Part shown: piece by piece, positions 20,094 to 28,577 of the stretch
How the letters are laid out: every line of letters starts with the position of its first letter
How positions within the stretch are numbered: the first letter of the stretch is position 1
NCBI GenBank assembly: GCA_965116925.1
Contig: OZ220744.1
Location: forward strand, 4,352,001-4,416,000
DNA from: Candidatus Poribacteria bacterium
GTDB taxonomy: Bacteria > Poribacteria > WGA-4E > PCPOR2b
Direction: 5' to 3'
DNA: 64,000 nt
Translations under genes and position numbers: made by a program
Notes under the pieces: generated by a model
What the model was told of the DNA's origin: nothing
The model's database searches: none
The model's input: the letters and a program-made list of their open reading frames with translations, nothing else

Positions 20094-20918
20094 TTATCTG
20101 CTTGGTTCGCTAATTGCGCGGGCAGCGGGGGCAAGCTGTGGGTTACCCGGATCTATTTGGTACGCCCAATCAAAAGTGACCGCCGCATTGGAAACAGCAA
20201 TGATGTGAATCTTGGCGAAGTGTCCGTCAGGAGTCAATAGTACATACACATGTCCCTCAATAAGTTCAACGAATTCAGTTGTGAAACCTCGCACAGGTGA
20301 AACATCGACCTCATCGAAGTATTCATGGTAGCCCATGTCCTGCATTTCTGTCAAATTATCCGAATAGAGGTACGGAACGTTGACCACGGTATCAAATCCA
20401 AAATAGACATCGGTTGCAGACAAATCCCAAGTAATGGCACCCCTTGCCGGCTGCGAAAAATCAAATCCGCTTCGGTTAGGAGCTAGGTTAAAGTCATTCA
20501 AGATTGTGTTGTTTCCCGATGGACGGGGCGTATCAAGGACCTGTTCTGGGCTCAAGTCGCTTTCATTGCCATCGTAATCAACGGCAGAGATTGCATAAGA
20601 GTATGTACGTCCATTGATGACCTCCTCATCCACAAAGGCAGAGGAATCTGCTGAAACCTCCGCAAGCAGGTCAAATTCTTCATCACCATTGTCGTCACGC
20701 CAGATGTCATACCCAGCGAGATCGGCTTCGCCATTCGGGAACCATTCAACTATCACTTGACCGTCACCGGTGATGCTTTTCACGCCTCTTGGTGTCGCCG
20801 GTGGTTCGGTGTCCGCTTGAACTGGAGTTTCATCTTCAGAACCACAACCTAAAATTAAGCAGAACAGTGTTATGATACAAAGAAATGCTGTGATGGATCG
20901 GTATATTTGCGTAAACAT
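20094..20918 (-). CDS. Lipoprotein with fibronectin type III-like domain
   Basis: Lipobox ILGC; PPATP..., DLAGYDIWR, YSYAISAVDYDGNES. Confidence 0.7.
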   Translation of the reverse strand: MFTQIYRSITAFLCIITLFCLILGCGSEDETPVQADTEPPATPRGVKSITGDGQVIVEWFPNGEADLAGYDIWRDDNGDEEFDLLAEVSADSSAFVDEEVINGRTYSYAISAVDYDGNESDLSPEQVLDTPRPSGNNTILNDFNLAPNRSGFDFSQPARGAITWDLSATDVYFGFDTVVNVPYLYSDNLTEMQDMGYHEYFDEVDVSPVRGFTTEFVELIEGHVYVLLTPDGHFAKIHIIAVSNAAVTFDWAYQIDPGNPQLAPAARAISEPSR

Positions 20919-21386
20919 GAACTTTCTCCTTCCAAATTATCAGTTGTTATCAAAACCGCTCAATCTAACGAAACTGATTATAAGATTCCTGAAGTTAAAA
21001 ACCATTAGGCTAATAGTCCGCAGCAAACTTTGTGCCAGCTTTAGAAGAGAGAAAGTCAGTTAATTATGGAAAGCGTAGAGCATACCTACAAAATAACCGT
21101 GCTATCGTAACATTTGACCATCATCCGGGGCTTTCATTTACCTTTGAATATCTAGAGCATTCAAAAAGTTTTAGACGCTGTTACTCCGGTTCAGTTGAGT
21201 TGTTTTTGATACTCGATTGTTGTAATTCTGCAACAACGACGTCAGGTTCTTCTCGTATTTCAGAACAAAACCGCAAAATAATATCACAAATGGTTGCGTT
21301 CTTCAAGGATGAATTTCGTTCTATTTCGAGTAGCACACGATGTGATAGCAGCTGCAGTTCACATAAATTGGGTTCTGTATTTGGGC

Positions 21387-21415
21387 TTGACAAACATTCC
21401 CTTCAAAGGTATCAT
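21387..21415 (+). promoter_or_regulatory. Putative sigma70 promoter for accD-arsM
   Basis: TTGACA-N17-TATCAT. Confidence 0.6.
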
Positions 21416-21460
21416 GTGCATACAAATTAGCAACTCCATAAAACCTTTTCCTACACACAG

Positions 21461-22258
21461 ATGGAGCGTACAGACATGGCGACTTCAGCGGTAATCACCT
21501 GTCAAAGTTGCAGCACAGAGATTCCTGAGGAAACATTTTTAGATGCACATAAGGTTTGTCCAAAATGCGGCTATCACTACCCGATGACCGCCTATGAGCG
21601 GCTTGACCTGCTGGTTGATGGGAACAGTTTTGATGAACATGACGCCGGTCTGTATTCAACTAACCCTTTAGATTTCCCAGACTACGAAGAGCAGCTTGCA
21701 CGAGATTACGCAAAAACGGGTCTCAAGTCGGAGATCCTTACCGGTGAAGCGAAAATCGGTGGACAGCCTGTCGCGATTACGATTAGCGATTTTGGGGTTA
21801 GAGGCGGTACAATGGGAGCGGTTGTGGGAGAAAAGGTTACTCGTAATATTGAATATGCCACCCAGAACAAATTGCCCTTAATCATCGTCTCGCGGAGCGG
21901 CGGGATGCGAATGCAAGAAGGCACGCTATCGCTGATGCAGATGGCGAAGACTTCAGCGGTTTGTGTGAAACACGCAGAAGCAGGACTCCCCTATATCTCC
22001 GTGATGGCAGACCCAACCTTTGGCGGATCTACTGCGAGTTACGCCTCGTTGGCGCATATTATTCTCGCAGAACCGGGTGCCCGGATTGGCTTCGCCGGTC
22101 CCCTCGCTACTGCAAGCATCAAACAGCAACTCCCTGACAATTTCCAAAAGGCAGAGTTCCTGTTAGAACACGGGATGATCGACCGAATTGTTCAACGGAG
22201 CGAGATGCGCTCCCTGTTGATTGATCTGTTGGATTTTTGCGTGGATTTGCGGCACTGA
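21461..22258 (+). CDS. accD: Acetyl-CoA carboxylase carboxyltransferase beta subunit
   Basis: C4 zinc finger (CQSC..CPKC), SGGMRMQEG, DPTFGG.TAS, AEPGARIGFAG, FQKAEFLLEHG. Confidence 0.93.
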   Translation: MERTDMATSAVITCQSCSTEIPEETFLDAHKVCPKCGYHYPMTAYERLDLLVDGNSFDEHDAGLYSTNPLDFPDYEEQLARDYAKTGLKSEILTGEAKIGGQPVAITISDFGVRGGTMGAVVGEKVTRNIEYATQNKLPLIIVSRSGGMRMQEGTLSLMQMAKTSAVCVKHAEAGLPYISVMADPTFGGSTASYASLAHIILAEPGARIGFAGPLATASIKQQLPDNFQKAEFLLEHGMIDRIVQRSEMRSLLIDLLDFCVDLRH

Positions 22259-22306
22259 CCATCATGATCGCGAGGCGTTCACTCATTCAATACAGAGAGA
22301 CATAAT

Positions 22307-23104
22307 ATGACAACCCACAATGCAGAGCAGATTAAAGCAATCGTCCGTGAACATTACGCAGATCTGGTAAAAAGCGGTGAATCTTGTTGTACATCTTCTA
22401 ATTGCTGCGATACAGAAATCGATATTGAAGCCTCTCTCACAGGGGAATCCGCAAATCCGAACGGATATACCGACGCGCAGCTTTGCAGTATCCCCCCCGA
22501 TGCGGTTGAAAATTCCTTCGGTTGTGGCAATCCGCTGATGTACGCTGATATTTGTGAGGGTGATGTTGTCCTAGACCTCGGCTCAGGGGCGGGCATTGAT
22601 GTGTTGCTTGCGGCATCCCTCGTCGGTGAAAGCGGGAGAGCGATTGGCGTTGATATGACGCCGGAAATGATCGAAAAGGCACGAAATAATGCGGAGGAAG
22701 CGGGCGCAAAAAATGTTGAGTTCCGATTAGGCGAGATTGAGTCGATGCCGGTCGAAAATGAAAGCGTTGATTGGATTATCTCTAACTGCGTGATTAACCT
22801 CGCACCGGATAAGGATATAGTTTTTAGGGAAGCGTATCGCGTCCTGAAGCCGGGCGGGAAGTTATTGGTGTCGGACATTGTCGCAAACCATCTGCCCAAG
22901 TGGTTGAGATCAACGATTAGCAATTGGGCGAATTGTATTTCCGGGGCACTGCCTGAAGACCAATATCTGGACTCAATCCGTCGGGCAGGCTTAGAGGAAG
23001 TTCAGGTATTCAGCAAATCCCCTTATGCCAAAATTGGGAAGGTAGAGGTTGCGAGTATTAAGGTAGGCGCACTTAAACCAAATAGGACTTACGCCCTTCA
23101 GTAA
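22307..23104 (+). CDS. arsM: Arsenite S-adenosylmethionine methyltransferase
   Basis: N-terminal CC pairs, SFGCGNP, VLDLGSGAGID, ISNCVINLAPDK, WANCISGA. Confidence 0.85.
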   Translation: MTTHNAEQIKAIVREHYADLVKSGESCCTSSNCCDTEIDIEASLTGESANPNGYTDAQLCSIPPDAVENSFGCGNPLMYADICEGDVVLDLGSGAGIDVLLAASLVGESGRAIGVDMTPEMIEKARNNAEEAGAKNVEFRLGEIESMPVENESVDWIISNCVINLAPDKDIVFREAYRVLKPGGKLLVSDIVANHLPKWLRSTISNWANCISGALPEDQYLDSIRRAGLEEVQVFSKSPYAKIGKVEVASIKVGALKPNRTYALQ

Positions 23105-23127
23105 ATCCGTCTGCTAAGGAAAAAACT

Positions 23128-23460
23128 ATGACCACCGAACAGGAACGCCAAGCCGCATTGCTCTTGAAGGACCAGATTCTCGCTGGAACGGATCAGCCGA
23201 TACGCCAGATTATCCTATATGGCTCACGGGCGCGAGGGCGAGGACGCCCCGACAGCGATTTTGATTTGTTGGTGGTGGCAGCCGATCCGGTGGCCAAGCG
23301 CGACGAAAGGCAGCGACTGCGAGCGTGTTTAACGGACGTACCATACGAGGTGGATATATGGGTCATGGGGGAGATGGAGTTCGAGGAAACCAAAGCGGTC
23401 ATCGGAGGATTGGCTTTTCCGGCGCACAAATACGGAGTGGTTTTGCATGAGGCATCCTGA
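23128..23460 (+). CDS. Minimal nucleotidyltransferase (MNT), antitoxin-like
   Basis: LYGSRARG....DSDFDLLVV; overlaps the HEPN gene. Confidence 0.88.
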   Translation: MTTEQERQAALLLKDQILAGTDQPIRQIILYGSRARGRGRPDSDFDLLVVAADPVAKRDERQRLRACLTDVPYEVDIWVMGEMEFEETKAVIGGLAFPAHKYGVVLHEAS

Positions 23461-23848
23461 GCAGGTAGTGGCGGATTTTGTACAACAGTGGTTGAAAAAA
23501 GCTAACTTGGATCTTCAGGCGGCGAGACTTCTTTGTGCAGGCGAGCTAGACGACTATTTCGTCAGTGGATTCCACGCCCAGCAAGCTGTTGAGAAATATA
23601 TCAAAGCATTTTTGGTGCGCTATCAGATTGAATTTCCCCAAACCCACGATATTAGACGATTGCGGCAGTTAGTAGCGCGTCAAAATGCCACTTTGGCCGA
23701 ACGATTGGAGAGTGCCGATGTATTAACGCCATACGGGGTGGATATGCGCTATCCTGAAGAGTTCGAGGTAGTTTCACAAAAACGTGCAGAGCAAGCAGTA
23801 GCCCTGGCCGAATGGGTCAAGGCAGAGATACTCGCAGAAATCATCTAA
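23447..23848 (+). CDS. HEPN domain protein (MNT-HEPN partner)
   Basis: WLKKA..DL, FHAQQAVEKYIKA, THDI..L, RYP motifs. Confidence 0.88.
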   Translation: MRHPEQVVADFVQQWLKKANLDLQAARLLCAGELDDYFVSGFHAQQAVEKYIKAFLVRYQIEFPQTHDIRRLRQLVARQNATLAERLESADVLTPYGVDMRYPEEFEVVSQKRAEQAVALAEWVKAEILAEII

Positions 23849-23920
23849 TGGGGCACAACATCGTGGATTCACGATCTCCATAGAAGCATAATCAATTACA
23901 CTACGCCCAAAGGTAGAAAA

Positions 23921-24730
23921 ATGTCAGAGTGCCAAAACACGTCGGTTAGAATCGAGGAACGCTTTCTCTTTGATCTCAACGGCTTTCTGATCCTCCGAAA
24001 TGTCCTCTCTTCTGAGGAGTGTGCGGAGTACTTGGAAACCTTGAGCAAACTTGAAAGCCAGACCTATGAAGATAAGTGGATGGAAACTGTCGGACCGGGG
24101 CGACCCACTCGCGAAACTCGGCGAATCCATCAGATTCGGCTCAACGGTCTGCCCCGACTGCACAGCATCTTCGATCGACTTATTGACCATCCGCGTATCC
24201 TGCCCTATCTGTATGAATTTGTGGGAGAACCGCAACTTATCAACACTTGGTCCATCTCTAAATTCTGTGGGGCGGAACAGGGTGGCTGGCATCGCGGCGT
24301 TCCTACCACAGATTATTCGTATAGCAACGGTGTTATCCGAAGCCGTATGTTCAACGTCGTGTTCTTTCTCACAGATAATGGTGCACAGGACGGGTGCATC
24401 GTTGCACTACCCGGCTCCCACAAAAGTAACTTCGATCTGACTTGGAAGGACTACCAAGGCTTAGAGATGCCCGGTGCTATCGCTGTCACCGGGAAAGCGG
24501 GCGATGTCCTGATGTTCTCTGAAACTGTCATCCACGATGGCTTACCTAAAACCACACAGCCCGTTAGAGCGAACCTCTACTATAACTACGTCCACGCGCA
24601 TTACAACGTGATGACTCGTGAGCGTGGAAACTGCCATCATTTCTATTTTCCGCCGGAGATTCGAGAACGCCTTACACCGACGCAGCGCGAACTTACCGCT
24701 TGGATGGAGCTGGCTCGGTGGGATTATTGA
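23921..24730 (+). CDS. PhyH-like Fe(II)/2-oxoglutarate oxygenase with H-x-G motif
   Basis: FDLNGFLILRNVL, LIDHP, WHRG, LPGSHKSN, AGDVLMFSE..IHDG. Confidence 0.85.
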   Translation: MSECQNTSVRIEERFLFDLNGFLILRNVLSSEECAEYLETLSKLESQTYEDKWMETVGPGRPTRETRRIHQIRLNGLPRLHSIFDRLIDHPRILPYLYEFVGEPQLINTWSISKFCGAEQGGWHRGVPTTDYSYSNGVIRSRMFNVVFFLTDNGAQDGCIVALPGSHKSNFDLTWKDYQGLEMPGAIAVTGKAGDVLMFSETVIHDGLPKTTQPVRANLYYNYVHAHYNVMTRERGNCHHFYFPPEIRERLTPTQRELTAWMELARWDY

Positions 24731-24792
24731 TAACGCAAGTTGCTCCCTATCGTTTTGAGTCGTGGTGATGCGTTCTAGTTGTACACATTGCG

Positions 24793-24855
24793 CTCCTCTG
24801 GAGCGCGGAGATTGGACGTATTGCTTTCTATAGACATATCGCTCCGCTGGAGCGA
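24793..24855. repeat. Pair of REP-like palindromes
   Basis: GCGCTCCTCTGGAGCGC and CGCTCCGCTGGAGCG between convergent genes. Confidence 0.55.
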
Positions 24856-24948
24856 AAGATAAAGGCCTTCACCTTTAGCAGAAAATTGATGACCTTTCAA
24901 CGACTAGTAACTTAGGTTATTAATAACGCAGATGAGATGTGAAAATTC

Positions 24949-26535
24949 TCACATTTCTTGTGCTACGCTTTCGACTAGCGCAAGCGGCTGTGGGAAATCA
25001 GGCATTTCCATAATCCCCATCGCATCCTCAACGTATTCTTCGCGTTTCATTCCGTTCAGGACAACGGACACCCCCGGCGATGAAGCCACGAAGTTTAAGG
25101 CTCGCTGAGAGAGGCTTAACGTCCCCTGTTCATCGGAGAGGTGTTGGTTCAAAGCCTGAGAGATTGGTTCAACCTTCTCCGCCTCCATACGGTTAAAGAT
25201 TTCCGTTATGATTACGAACAGGGTGTTGAGTGCCTGTACATATTCAGCGAGTAAGCCTTCCCACTCCGTTTGATGTTGATTCATACAAGCGACTCCGGTT
25301 TGGCGCAGATAGGCATTAATCTGTGGAATCAGGTGCTGCTGTAAAATTTGTTCCCAGTGATTGCGATCTTGGACACGCGGCATAAATCCACCGAGTTGTT
25401 GGGCGACATCGAAAAAGAGCTGAACATTCACCTGATTTTGTACCGAATCGAAAATCCCCCAACCTTTCAGTGTGCTCTCCAACCTTGTTTCGATTTGGGT
25501 TAATGCGCCTTCTGCTAGGGACATCATTTGAGGATAATCGGCGTTTGGACGGTGATCATACTGTGCCAAACGGGTCATCTGATTGTCCTTGAAAGCGTTC
25601 AGGGGACGATTCACGAGAACGCCAAGTCCAAGCGACTGTGCTGCTTCAAGGACAGTCGTGCGTTTTCCGTCGATTTCGTTGTTTGCTTCGGTCAACGCCT
25701 CGGATTCAAGCAGATTGTACGGAAGTTGGATGACCTTGAAATGGTTCACTGCATGGTCTCCGTACACAGTTTCTGCTGCTTTGGTAGCCGCTTGGTAAAC
25801 GCGAGTGAGGGAGACGTACTCAAAGTCGGTTTGTGAGGAAGGGAAGGTGTTTGACGAAACACCGTAGTAGCGGATCTTTCCATCGGCTACGAACTGTTCC
25901 ATTTGGACAAATGCGCGATAGATACGGTCATAGAAGGTATCTCGAATTGTGTCCCAACTAGATAGAGAAGATCGGTTTTTGGCGTCGGACAGGAAGTATT
26001 CCGGATTGTGTAGTAGATAAATATCAATAGTCTCCAATCCCAGTCGATCTGTGCTACGCTTCCACTGGTCGGTCAGAAAATCAGGGTGGATACAGTGCCA
26101 GCAGCCCTCCATATATTTAACCACATCCTCCCACGGGTTGCCTGACGCCTCCCGTTGTTGGGCTTGTTCGAGGTTTTGTCCTTGCATGTAGCCAACTTTG
26201 GAGGCAAGGATAATCTCTTCCCGTTGAATCTTGCTGGCGGAAATCATTTTTTGCAGGACATTGCCGATTAAGGTTTCGCTGCCGCCATCGGTGTAATTGC
26301 TGGAGGTATCAATCAGGTTACACCCCGCTTCGATTGCGGTTTCGAGCGTTTCAACTTGTGTTTCATTCTGGTCGTGCACGCGGTACGTGCCGTAACCGAT
26401 TTTGGACGTTATCAGATCTGTGCCGGTGAGTCGGCGATACGCATTTGCCTCGAAGGAGGAATTTTGTGCGTTCATCCGATCGGCGAAGGCTTGTGTCGCT
26501 TGTGATGTTGCATGTCCGGTGATCTTGGAATTCAT
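24949..26535 (-). CDS. Aldo/keto reductase family protein with long helical insertion
   Basis: IGYGTYR, NLIDTSSNYTDG.SE, SKVG, DIYLLHNPE, GKIRYYGVSSN, QLPYNLLE. Confidence 0.85.
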   Translation of the reverse strand: MNSKITGHATSQATQAFADRMNAQNSSFEANAYRRLTGTDLITSKIGYGTYRVHDQNETQVETLETAIEAGCNLIDTSSNYTDGGSETLIGNVLQKMISASKIQREEIILASKVGYMQGQNLEQAQQREASGNPWEDVVKYMEGCWHCIHPDFLTDQWKRSTDRLGLETIDIYLLHNPEYFLSDAKNRSSLSSWDTIRDTFYDRIYRAFVQMEQFVADGKIRYYGVSSNTFPSSQTDFEYVSLTRVYQAATKAAETVYGDHAVNHFKVIQLPYNLLESEALTEANNEIDGKRTTVLEAAQSLGLGVLVNRPLNAFKDNQMTRLAQYDHRPNADYPQMMSLAEGALTQIETRLESTLKGWGIFDSVQNQVNVQLFFDVAQQLGGFMPRVQDRNHWEQILQQHLIPQINAYLRQTGVACMNQHQTEWEGLLAEYVQALNTLFVIITEIFNRMEAEKVEPISQALNQHLSDEQGTLSLSQRALNFVASSPGVSVVLNGMKREEYVEDAMGIMEMPDFPQPLALVESVAQEM

Positions 26536-26601
26536 AGAAGTTCCTTATTTGTTGAGGCTCATATAAAAAGAGAGCAAAGCACAAAGAGAGTCTAATACGA
26601 T

Positions 26602-26627
26602 GGGCAACCACGGGGGTTGCCCCTACA
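26602..26627 (-). repeat. Single GTAG-type REP palindrome
   Basis: Minus strand TGTAGGGGCAACCCCCGTGGTTGCCC. Confidence 0.7.
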
Positions 26628-26647
26628 GGAATCAGTTGGGATCCTAT

Positions 26648-27856
26648 ATGATTTTACGTGCAAAGTATGTAATGCCAGATAGCCGCACGGTTATTGAGAA
26701 CGGTGCTGTCGCCATTCAAGGTTCAAAGATAGTCGATGTTGGACTTTATCCGACGGTTCGGAGCAGCGGCATTTCTCCGACACACGACCTCGGCGAAGCG
26801 GTGCTCACCCCCGGCTTGGTAAATGCACATACCCACCTTGATCTAACAAGCAGTGCCGATTCAGTTCAGCGTACCCCCAAATTTACCGATTGGGTATTTC
26901 AAATCGTTGGGAAGCGGACCCCTTCAGCAATAGGACCATCTGTTCGTCAAGGAGTGCAGCAAAGTCTAGCCGGTGGTGTGACGACAGTGGGAGATATCGA
27001 CGGAACCGGGAGATCCGCACAGGTTCTACGGGAGACTCCGATTCGGAAGGTGGTTTTCTTTGAGGTACTCGGTTTTTCCGGCGAACACGCTGCCACGGGG
27101 CTCGCTCGACTTGCGACGTATTTGGGTGCTCCCCCTGTTTCAGATTCGCTGTTTACGGCTGCATTGTCCCCACACGCCCCCTATTCTACATCGGCTGAGG
27201 TTTATCGTCAATGTGTCGCATCTGGCTTGTCGGTTTGCACGCATATCGCGGAAACCAAGGATGAACTTGAATTTCTCTCCAGCGGTACGGGTGCGTTTGT
27301 GGGCTACCTAGAAGCGTTTGGCATTTCAACGGCTGGGTGGCACCCTCCGCAAGCAACACCAATGCAGTATATGAAAACGTTGGATGTCTTGCACAAAAAT
27401 TCGCTCTTAGCCCACTGCAACTATCTGACTGACACAGATGTGACAACCCTCGCTGAAAGTGGTGCATCTGTGGTGTTCTGCCCGCGGAGCCACCACTACT
27501 TCTATCATGCCGATCATCCTGTCGTGCAACTGATTGAAAGCGGAATCAATGTCGCCATCGGGACGGATAGTCTAGCGAGTAATTGGTCTCTGAGTCTACT
27601 CGATGAGTTGAGGTTCCTCGCAAGTACCCAACCGTATATCCGGCCTGAAATGTTATTCGACATGGTGACCTGTAACGGCCCAAAGGCACTTGGCTTGACA
27701 CAGGTCGGACGATTGGAAAAGGATTGGCAGGCGGATATCATTGCAGTGAAAATTCCAAACGATAGTCGCCCGGCTATTGAACAGATTCTTGATAGCTCTT
27801 CTGAAAACCTATTGACGGTTGTTGGTGGACAAGTCTGTTATACATCAGATCACTAG
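26648..27856 (+). CDS. Metal-dependent amidohydrolase (nucleoside deaminase-like; MTA/SAH or aminofutalosine deaminase family)
   Basis: PGLVNAHTHL, SPHAPYS, THIAET, LAHCN, GTDSLASN. The upstream ORF extension (26600) runs through a REP. Confidence 0.85.
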   Translation: MILRAKYVMPDSRTVIENGAVAIQGSKIVDVGLYPTVRSSGISPTHDLGEAVLTPGLVNAHTHLDLTSSADSVQRTPKFTDWVFQIVGKRTPSAIGPSVRQGVQQSLAGGVTTVGDIDGTGRSAQVLRETPIRKVVFFEVLGFSGEHAATGLARLATYLGAPPVSDSLFTAALSPHAPYSTSAEVYRQCVASGLSVCTHIAETKDELEFLSSGTGAFVGYLEAFGISTAGWHPPQATPMQYMKTLDVLHKNSLLAHCNYLTDTDVTTLAESGASVVFCPRSHHYFYHADHPVVQLIESGINVAIGTDSLASNWSLSLLDELRFLASTQPYIRPEMLFDMVTCNGPKALGLTQVGRLEKDWQADIIAVKIPNDSRPAIEQILDSSSENLLTVVGGQVCYTSDH

Positions 27857-27858
27857 AA

Positions 27859-28012
27859 TAGGACTTACGCAGTTGAATGCTGAGTTTGTAGTTCAATGCT
27901 TTATCCCCAATGCGGGGCAAGATGCCCCGCCTACGATGGGTGTGGGTTCTGCCGATGCCCCGATACGCCCGATGAATCGGGCGACTACAATATGAGGTGC
28001 GTGTAAGTCCTG
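27859..28012. mobile_element. MITE with TAGGACTTACGCA-type ends carrying REP palindromes
   Basis: Left end TAGGACTTACGCA, degenerate right end TGCGTGTAAGTCCTG; internal GCGGGGC..GCCCCGCCTAC and CGCCCGATGAATCGGGCGACTAC. Confidence 0.7.
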
Positions 28013-28072
28013 TGGCAGTGTGTAAGCCTTCCCGCTAATTCATACACAAATCACAAAAAATGGAGGAAATTG

Positions 28073-28414
28073 ATGAAAGTAAATTGGATGTTTTTTAGAA
28101 ATAGCTGAACGTCTTGTCGAAAAGCGCAAGAGTTTCTTGACGCAAACAACATTCAGGTAGACAGTCGAACGGATGCCCGTAAGCAGAAGTTGAATTCGAC
28201 CGAGGTTTGGGAGCGTATCAAAACCGCCCAATCCATTCATGTTGCTAAGGGCAAAAAGGTTGATGTTTTCGACCCAAATGCCGATTCACAAGACACCATC
28301 CTCAAGGCGATTATGGGACGAAGCGGCAATCTACGTGCACCCACGCTACAGATCGGAGATAGGTTTTTCGTTGGATTCAATGCGTCGTTATACGATGCGA
28401 TTCCAACGGCATAA
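28073..28414 (+). CDS. ArsC/Spx-like thioredoxin-fold selenoprotein (UxxC), in-frame UGA at 28106-28108
   Basis: GGAGG RBS + ATG at 28073 gives MKVNWMFFRNS-UGA-TSCRKAQEFL, in frame with the ORF-track 28190-28414 ORF (GRSGNLRAPT...FFVGFN). Confidence 0.85.
28124..28143 (+). promoter_or_regulatory. Candidate bacterial SECIS hairpin
   Basis: GCG-CAAGA-GTT-TCTTG-A-CGC; G-containing loop 23 nt after the UGA. Confidence 0.5.
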
Positions 28415-28577
28415 ACGCTGCGTGATACAAACCCACGAGAACGATGGATTTCAACGAAATTGAGCGTCCAAGAGACAATTGTATCATCCGTCCCACCTGA
28501 ATACCAGCAATTTTGTGATAAAAAATCCTGACCATATCGTCTTACGTTGTTGAATCTTAAAAGGATGGATATCCACC

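Noticed and set aside
21032..21430. ORFs 21032-21430 (+) and 21181-21393 (-) in an AT-rich intergenic gap
   Set aside because: Non-ATG starts, no clear RBS, no recognisable motif, and overlap with the accD promoter; a small orphan gene cannot be fully excluded
26600..26647. N-terminal extension of the amidohydrolase (also 33916-33960 for the transporter)
   Set aside because: Both extensions translate REP or MITE sequence; downstream ATGs fit better
22307..28414. A dedicated arsenic-resistance operon (arsM plus ArsC-like)
   Set aside because: The genes are separated by unrelated and opposite-strand genes; no arsR, acr3 or arsB is present
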